Below, in pieces: positions 25,561 through 31,662 of a stretch of 31,662 bases of DNA. A program made the translations under genes and the position numbers. Positions within the stretch are counted from its first letter, which is position 1, and each line of letters starts with the position of its first letter. The stretch spans positions 1 to 31,662 of the IMG/VR virus record IMGVR_UViG_3300050159_000014; one strand, given 5' to 3'. The notes beneath the pieces are model-generated. The model was not told the DNA's origin. It made no database searches and saw nothing but the letters and a program-made list of their open reading frames with translations. The DNA comes from a virus (Duplodnaviria; Caudoviricetes).

Positions 25561-25933
25561 ATGAAAACATTTAAAGAATTTTTAGTAGAAGATACAACAA
25601 ATGGTAATTCTGGTAGATTGACTATGGAAGAAATCCATAAAAGAGCGGAAACTACATCACGAACACGCGAACTTAGTTAGTGAGATGAGGAAATATACAT
25701 GGGACGATGAGCGTACTCCTGATCTCCCAAAAAGATCTAAGAAAGAAAACGGTATGAAATCAGAGCATAGAGAGAAGATGGATGATAACTTTCGATATAA
25801 ACTCAGAATGTATCCAGGAGACATTACACCATCGATGTTGCATAATCAAGCATCTAAAGCTCTAGGGTTAAACCTAAAAAAGCTCCTCCTCTATACAAGG
25901 GAACGGAATAATAAAAAGAAAATAGATCTTTAA
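25561..25933 (+). CDS. Putative internal head protein (MKTFKEFLVE start), broken by frame shifts
   Basis: AAGGA RBS and late promoter. The first frame stops at 25680; the +1 frame (ERKLHHEHANLVSEMRKYTW...) continues into the tracked ORF 25685..25933. Confidence 0.65.
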
Positions 25934-25951
25934 GATCTATTTTCTTTTTAT
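25911..25951. terminator. 20-bp perfect inverted repeat, probable bidirectional terminator
   Basis: ATAAAAAGAAAATAGATCTT-T-AAGATCTATTTTCTTTTTAT. Confidence 0.7.
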
Positions 25952-25956
25952 AAATA
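25949..25956 (+). promoter_or_regulatory. T4-type late promoter
   Basis: TATAAATA 5 nt before the ATG at 25962. Confidence 0.6.
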
Positions 25957-25961
25957 TATCC

Positions 25962-27239
25962 ATGACAATCATCTCGGATATATTAAGCAATTCTACATCA
26001 TACACTCCAGAGAATACAGATATAGACTATCACAAGTCTCATCTGAATATTCTCTTGCAACAGTTGAAACGCAAGACTAATATAGAACAATCCAAGGTCT
26101 GGGATTATATTGCAGTCGAGAATGATCCGTTCTTCTCTAGAAGATATCCTTCCAATAACAATAAAATATCCAAGATAATGAGCAATGTCTCTACATATCA
26201 GACAGCTCTAACAGCAACCCTCAACCAATTATATCTAGCTAAAGTTTATAATTTTATACCGAAGAACCTCTTGGATACTATAAAAACATTATCTGGACTA
26301 GCTGATACTACTAATAACCTTCTTCCTACAATATCTCAACAGATCCCGTTGCAGATGATAGAGCAGGCTCTCCTAACAGATCTTTTAAGTTATTTTGATA
26401 ACGGACAAGCAACATATAATGATGTTTTAAGTATGTATAGTTCTGTTCTACAGAATGCTGAGCTATTTCAAAATATTCAAACAGGGGATCTTAAATCTAT
26501 TTTATCGTTGCCTCTTAAGCAGTTCTTGCCCGAAGAATTTTCAGTTATCTTGGAAAGCTTGGCTTATCTAGATCTGCTAGATGAAATTTTTACAACAGAT
26601 GACGATAAGAATAGTTTCAATTTAGCTATTTTAAACATTTTCAAATCAACCGAATCCAATACAGTATCTTCATATGTTAATCCTGACGAATTTCAAAATT
26701 ATAATATATCATATTCTGATCCTCTAGGGATAACTCACCAGGATTCTATGATGTCTCAGATGGCATCTAATATATTTTCTAGTATAAATCCTCAATTGAA
26801 TTCTTTATATTCTCAGCACAATATAAGCTCTCAACATGCTTCTAATATCACAACATCGTTAGAACAATCGTTTAGCACCTCCATAGTCGATCCAATATTA
26901 GATTCGGGAATCCTTTTGCCGGATTTGACAGATTGTTCTAATACTATTAAGGCTAACGCTAATAACGATGTCATCAACTCCTTTAAAAATTGTTTTGTTT
27001 TGTTCCAACAAGAAATCATCAAGAGGATTCCTGAAATATCTCAACAATCAACATCGTTCGATTATCTTGTTAATATTAAAAACAATCTAGAATTAAGAGA
27101 TCGATATATAAACACAGGATCATCAATAGAGAATCTCCAAGAAATTCGAGATTATATAGAAACAAATACAACATCTAAGCTTTCAGACAAACAGCTAGAT
27201 GATTTGTATATAAAAATCAAAACCGTATTAAAGGATTAA
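25962..27239 (+). CDS. Hypothetical late protein (S/N/Q/L-rich, helical)
   Basis: 425-aa ORF between a late promoter and gp5. Confidence 0.8.
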   Translation: MTIISDILSNSTSYTPENTDIDYHKSHLNILLQQLKRKTNIEQSKVWDYIAVENDPFFSRRYPSNNNKISKIMSNVSTYQTALTATLNQLYLAKVYNFIPKNLLDTIKTLSGLADTTNNLLPTISQQIPLQMIEQALLTDLLSYFDNGQATYNDVLSMYSSVLQNAELFQNIQTGDLKSILSLPLKQFLPEEFSVILESLAYLDLLDEIFTTDDDKNSFNLAILNIFKSTESNTVSSYVNPDEFQNYNISYSDPLGITHQDSMMSQMASNIFSSINPQLNSLYSQHNISSQHASNITTSLEQSFSTSIVDPILDSGILLPDLTDCSNTIKANANNDVINSFKNCFVLFQQEIIKRIPEISQQSTSFDYLVNIKNNLELRDRYINTGSSIENLQEIRDYIETNTTSKLSDKQLDDLYIKIKTVLKD

Positions 27240-27246
27240 TAATATA

Positions 27247-28401
27247 ATGGATATGTTATTTGCAGGTAAAAACGGGTTCGTTTGGTGGTTTGGAAAAGTT
27301 GAAGAAAATAACGATGATCTTGGGATAGGTCGTGTGAAAGTCCGTATAGACGGTTGGCATAATCCAGATGATACTGAACTTCCTACGGCAGATCTTCCTT
27401 GGGCTGGAATTATTATGCCGGTTGATAATGCGGGAGTAGGAGGAGCTGGAAGAACTCCTGTTGGAATGCTTCCAGGAACTAGAGTTGCTGGATTTTTCTT
27501 GGACGGTGAATCTGGCAAGCAGCCTATGGTTTTTGGAACTCTCGTAGGATCAGCTATAAGCACAGTAGAAAGAGCTGTAGAAGAAGGTTCGACTCCTCAA
27601 CAACCCTCTGTATTAGATTACATCCCAGGAGCTTCCATCTTTACTAGAGAAGGAGATTGTCCTGAAGGATCTACTACAGAGACTACATCGTACAATGAAC
27701 CAATCTCCACAATTCCTTCTGATATAAAAATTAATAAAGACGAGTGGTGTTTGCCTTGCACGGGATTTGTGTCGTCTGCATACGGAGAAGTTCAAAGAAG
27801 AAGTCATAGAGGTGTTGATATATGTCCTGCTGGATTTTATAAACAAACTTCACCTGGGGCTTCTCATGTGGGAGGCATTCTTAGAGGGCCTACTGGAAAC
27901 CCTGTATATGCTGCAGCAGATGGTAAAGTTGTTTATAGGTGGTCTAAGGATCAAGGACAAAAAGGATCTCTAACAACATACGATAAAAACAAACAAGGAT
28001 CTAGATCTTTTGGGAATGCTATTGTTATACAGCATAACACATCTACAGGGCCTTTTGTTACTGTATATGCTCATCTAGGATCCAATCAAGATCCTTCATT
28101 AGATTCAGCTAATTCTGGAGTGCTAGTTAATGTCGGAGATGTTGTTACAAAAGGTCAGCAAATAGGGACAATGGGAAGAACCCACGTCTGGGACAGTTTA
28201 ACTCACTTGCATTTTGAGATAAGAGTAGGAACAGGTCTTCCTGCTACACCTAACCATATAAACCCCGGAATAGTGTTTCCTCAGTTATCTCATAGACACA
28301 ACTCATACAGAAGTTGGGTAGATTCTCAAAATAAATATAATATAGATCCAATATTCGACCCTAAAAAAGCTCCTGTTATAGCTAGAGATAGACCTGTATA
28401 A
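27247..28401 (+). CDS. 5: gp5 N-terminal part: OB-fold plus M23 metallopeptidase
   Basis: FVWW.G.VE...D.LG.GRVKVRI.GWH, LPWA and V.GFFLDG...QP are gp5 OB-fold motifs. HRGVD, VYAAADGKV, YAHL, V.VGD.V.KGQ.IG and HLHFEIR are M23 motifs. Confidence 0.9.
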   Translation: MDMLFAGKNGFVWWFGKVEENNDDLGIGRVKVRIDGWHNPDDTELPTADLPWAGIIMPVDNAGVGGAGRTPVGMLPGTRVAGFFLDGESGKQPMVFGTLVGSAISTVERAVEEGSTPQQPSVLDYIPGASIFTREGDCPEGSTTETTSYNEPISTIPSDIKINKDEWCLPCTGFVSSAYGEVQRRSHRGVDICPAGFYKQTSPGASHVGGILRGPTGNPVYAAADGKVVYRWSKDQGQKGSLTTYDKNKQGSRSFGNAIVIQHNTSTGPFVTVYAHLGSNQDPSLDSANSGVLVNVGDVVTKGQQIGTMGRTHVWDSLTHLHFEIRVGTGLPATPNHINPGIVFPQLSHRHNSYRSWVDSQNKYNIDPIFDPKKAPVIARDRPV

Positions 28402-29276
28402 TGACTAAGAAAATTGAAATTGATATTAGATCCAATGTTCCTGAACTATCTTACGGGACAGGTCAAGGAAAGTCTGTTGATATTAGATCCGCTAGACTTA
28501 ATCATATTATTACAGCAGATGATAAGGTTATCCTGACCGAACCTTCGTCGCAATCTCATAGCCAATACCCTTACAATAAAGTAGATCAATCTCAATCGGG
28601 ACACATTAAGGAAGTCGACGATACTCCAGGAGCTGAACGTTTAATGGAGATGCATAAATCCGGGACATTCTACGAGATTCTTCCAGACGGCACTAAAATA
28701 GCTAAGATATTTGGAGACGATTTCTATATTGTTTTAGTTGATCATACGTTAGTCGTTGGAGGGAATCTTAATATAACCGTTCAGGGGGATGCTAATTTTC
28801 TAGTCAAGGGGAATATGAAAACTAAAGTTGGAGGAGATTATGAACTCCAAGTTCATGGAAACATGACTACTAGAGTTCAGGGCTCTGAGCTGCATTATAC
28901 AAAGGGACCTGTTGATTTTCAGTCAAATTCGAACATATCAATGAGATCTCAGGGAAACTTTGTGGTAGATTCTACAGGACATTTAAACTTGCAGTCAAGG
29001 TCAAAGGTGACTTTGAGATCTCAGGGGCCCGGTCAATTCTATTCTACAGGAAATCTTGATCTAGACGGATCTAAAGTATATTTAAAAACTCATAATACCG
29101 ATCCTGGAAAACTTAATATAAAATCTAAAGATCCTACAGGAGGATTATCTATTCCCGATACCGTTATATCTCCAAATAGAGAAACTCTAATGAAGCTTAG
29201 AACTGACAATAAATTGATTTTAGGATTAGATGATGATATAAAGAGTTATTCGAAAGATCGTTCTAAGATCATTTAA
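28401..29276 (+). CDS. 5: gp5 C-terminal part: beta-helix needle
   Basis: YPYNKV...SGH..E.DDTPGAERL...H.SGTFYEI and VxGNxxxx repeats; TAATG overlap with the previous gene. Confidence 0.9.
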   Translation: MTKKIEIDIRSNVPELSYGTGQGKSVDIRSARLNHIITADDKVILTEPSSQSHSQYPYNKVDQSQSGHIKEVDDTPGAERLMEMHKSGTFYEILPDGTKIAKIFGDDFYIVLVDHTLVVGGNLNITVQGDANFLVKGNMKTKVGGDYELQVHGNMTTRVQGSELHYTKGPVDFQSNSNISMRSQGNFVVDSTGHLNLQSRSKVTLRSQGPGQFYSTGNLDLDGSKVYLKTHNTDPGKLNIKSKDPTGGLSIPDTVISPNRETLMKLRTDNKLILGLDDDIKSYSKDRSKII

Positions 29277-29297
29277 AGAATATCACCAAGAAGATCT

Positions 29298-29306
29298 TAA
29301 TAAATA
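29298..29306 (+). promoter_or_regulatory. Late-promoter variant
   Basis: TAATAAATA in the intergenic gap before 29403. Confidence 0.45.
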
Positions 29307-29402
29307 TATTAAAGAATATTTAAAATTAACATATGTGTTCATTAAATACTTAATGATTATATATTATGTAGAGACAACAGTCAACTAAAAAGAGAACAAC
29401 CA

Positions 29403-31262
29403 ATGAAAACGTTTAAAAGTCTAAGAGAGTCAACTATAGAAGCTTCCATGAACCCTACAGTAGATACAAATATAATCAATAATTTGGTGAAGTTCTCTCA
29501 GCAGATCTCCCAGTCATTTCAGCCAAACTTGACAATTTTAATCAATAAGATTGAATCTGAATTGAATAAATTTGCTCTGACTTTAGGAGATGTCGATACT
29601 GATACTCCTTTTGAAGACGAAGGAACCGATGATTATATTATACATTTTTATTCTACAAAAGAAGTTGTAAAAAATGTATTCTTGACTTTATCTTGGAGAA
29701 GGATTCAAGGTCAGCAATTTGAATACACCACAGACGGATCCAAACTCGTCAATGATGTTAATTTGATAGTTAATCTTGTAGATCCTACGGATATGGACAG
29801 CATCTTAAATAGTGATGACGAAGAAGAAATGACGTTTGTTAGAATGGATGAATCTAAGATCAGTGATTTAAAAAACGAAATAGGAAAAGACTATGAGGGT
29901 AAGCTTCCTACAGCAGAAGACATGGGATATTTTCATGGAAGCTGGGGAAGGAAAGATAATCCTTATAAAAAAGGAACAATACATCATAAACATTATGAAT
30001 CTGGCCATATTGCAGGAACAGATGATAGAGAGTCTAATGCAATGCACTATCCGGGGGAGGTGGATGAATCAGGGAGTGATCGTATTGATAACATTGAAAA
30101 GTCTGTTCAAAAAGCTCATCTACTAGCGTCCCAAAAAAATATCAAAGGTTTATCTAATCATATAAGCTCATTGGACAGAAAAACAAGAGATGCTATCGAA
30201 GATTCTTTGCTATCTCATAAAGAAAACGGAACATTCTACAAAAAACATATATTAGGATTAACAGAAGAATCTCTAAACGAGATTTCTAAAAGCAAACTAA
30301 ACCAGTATGTGAAAAAAGCTTCGGACGATCTAGCAGTAACATCTCAGCTTCAAGGTTCAGAACTTCAAATTAGAAATAATACAAATCATGAAGGCGAATA
30401 CGATAGAGCAAATAAGAACGTTCAAGATTATGCTGCCATTAGAGCAAGACGTAAAAAAGGTATCGCTAAAGCTGTAGACAAGCTCACAGAAGAATCTTTA
30501 GAATCTCGCCCAGATCTTCAAGGATGGCACGACGGATACAATAATCATCCAAAACCTGGCAAAAAAAGCTTAAACCTCTATTACAGAAATAATCCAGATC
30601 ACATCTCAATGTATCATGCTTCGTACGACGAAGGTAAAAAAGAAGCTGAAAAAGACTCTAAACAAGTAAACGAAGCTCGTGGTAAATACGAACAAGATTG
30701 GGACAAGTCTAAATCGAAGATCGTAGACTCTCCTAAATCAACAAAAGATAAAGTTGTTGATAAAATGAAAAAATCTTTCAAGGAACTTAGATGCAAGCTT
30801 CAAGAAGAATCTTTAGAAGAAGCTTATAATTTTGATGTGTTGCTAACAGCTACTCATGCTGATACTGGAGAAGAACTAACTCATCAAACAACAGTTAAAG
30901 CTACTGATACTGAAGATGCTTACGAAAAAGCTAAAGCAGAAATGCTTTTAAAACATCCTAAGGCAACTTATGTAGCAAATATTCATACACCTTCCGGCAC
31001 AATGATAAAAGAAGCTTCTGACCCGACAGACGTTCTTAAAATTAACGTACCTGCATTTATTCGTTGTATGGAATATGCTATGGAAGACGTTAAAGAGGAT
31101 GCTGAACTTCACGAGTTTGTTGAACATCTTTTAGCAATGTCTAAAAATCAAGATGTATTGGACACAGATGCTTATGAAAAGGCTGTAGAGGCTTGCTCTA
31201 AAGAAGAAGCTGCCCAAGCTCTGAAAAATCTGCACGACAGAGAAGCATCTAAGAAAGATTAA
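29403..31262 (+). CDS. Modular putative internal head protein with repeated prohead-protease-like (L/I/V/M)xE sites
   Basis: Starts MKTFKSLRES; internal MDES, VDES, LTEESLNE, LTEESLES, VNEA, LQEESLEEA and IKEA. Confidence 0.75.
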   Translation: MKTFKSLRESTIEASMNPTVDTNIINNLVKFSQQISQSFQPNLTILINKIESELNKFALTLGDVDTDTPFEDEGTDDYIIHFYSTKEVVKNVFLTLSWRRIQGQQFEYTTDGSKLVNDVNLIVNLVDPTDMDSILNSDDEEEMTFVRMDESKISDLKNEIGKDYEGKLPTAEDMGYFHGSWGRKDNPYKKGTIHHKHYESGHIAGTDDRESNAMHYPGEVDESGSDRIDNIEKSVQKAHLLASQKNIKGLSNHISSLDRKTRDAIEDSLLSHKENGTFYKKHILGLTEESLNEISKSKLNQYVKKASDDLAVTSQLQGSELQIRNNTNHEGEYDRANKNVQDYAAIRARRKKGIAKAVDKLTEESLESRPDLQGWHDGYNNHPKPGKKSLNLYYRNNPDHISMYHASYDEGKKEAEKDSKQVNEARGKYEQDWDKSKSKIVDSPKSTKDKVVDKMKKSFKELRCKLQEESLEEAYNFDVLLTATHADTGEELTHQTTVKATDTEDAYEKAKAEMLLKHPKATYVANIHTPSGTMIKEASDPTDVLKINVPAFIRCMEYAMEDVKEDAELHEFVEHLLAMSKNQDVLDTDAYEKAVEACSKEEAAQALKNLHDREASKKD

Positions 31263-31264
31263 AA

Positions 31265-31662
31265 ATGAAAACATTTAAAGAATTCCTAAAAGAAGATACT
31301 GTATCTAGATGGAAAAACTACGATACAACTAAAATACCTGTAAAATCTCATATTTCGTATGATGAAAAACAAAAAATGTATCGTCATGAGTTTAGAGACG
31401 ATGCTGGTAATCAATGGGGAAGTGAGACGTTTCATAAAACTCAAGAACGTGCTGAAAAAATGTTTAAAGATCCTCATACAGTGCTTAAAAGAAATAAAGG
31501 CGATAAAACATCTTTTGTGTTTAAGGACAAAGAATTGAACGAAGCTTGGATAGACGTCGAGGGTGCAAAACTTAAAAGGCATTCCGAACACTTGTCGGGA
31601 GCTATTATGTCTCAACATAAAGATCTTAATGAACCTTCTAACCAATCTATATCTGCAAAGTC
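31265..31662 (+). CDS. Putative internal head protein, runs off the window (not in ORF track)
   Basis: Open frame MKTFKEFLKEDTVSRWKNYDTTK...ELNEAWIDVEG... with no stop before the window end. Confidence 0.8.
   Translation, partial: MKTFKEFLKEDTVSRWKNYDTTKIPVKSHISYDEKQKMYRHEFRDDAGNQWGSETFHKTQERAEKMFKDPHTVLKRNKGDKTSFVFKDKELNEAWIDVEGAKLKRHSEHLSGAIMSQHKDLNEPSNQSISAK

Noticed and set aside
6348-25640. Idea that the mini-tmRNA mediates the observed +1 frame breaks
   Set aside because: Breaks occur in both directions, share no context beyond short homopolymers, and are more simply explained as indel errors.
11597-31645. Remaining antisense or nested ORFs in the track (for example 18935..19345, 27228..27563, 27767..27973, 29893..30126, 31286..31645)
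   Set aside because: All lie within or opposite recognisable genes; 31286..31645 is the shadow of the plus-strand ORF starting at 31265.
1-31662. CRISPR array, introns/inteins, homing endonucleases, IS elements
   Set aside because: No regularly spaced repeats or relevant motifs seen; thyA, uvsW and gp47 are uninterrupted; the TnsA-like fold at 23899 is the normal gp4.

Overview
AT-rich 31.7 kb fragment of a T4-superfamily myophage genome. Left arm (minus strand): DUF2829/Tad2-like protein, thymidylate synthase, small accessory ORFs, thioredoxin, GroES, then gp46 (frameshifted), gp47 and gp55. Middle (plus strand): CYTH protein, DsbA-like DNA-binding protein, MAF/DUF115-like transferase, accessory ORFs, gp1, gp3, uvsY, uvsW and a DEDD exonuclease. 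Right: baseplate, tail and head genes (gp29-like, gp26/gp51, gp27-like, gp53, gp48, gp4, gp2, gp54-like), a gp5 split into two genes and carrying an M23 peptidase instead of lysozyme, and proteins starting with a capsid-targeting-like MKTFK motif. The main finding is an apparently dismembered tmRNA. A self-contained 70-nt tRNA-like domain (10036-10105; Ala identity G3-U70, no message) is followed about 700 nt later by a separately promoted tag-reading-frame RNA encoding ANENIRQFYKVAA-stop (10810-10851). The tRNA-like domain also overlaps the stop codon of the CYTH gene. Other highlights are a U_UUU_UUA -1 frameshift candidate joining gp26-like to gp51-like sequence upstream of the tape-measure gene, and a 619-aa protein that looks like a protease-cleaved cargo polyprotein with RMF-like modules. 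Several single-base frame breaks, mostly in A-runs, suggest indel errors in the assembly. All family calls are motif recognition by eye, not database results.
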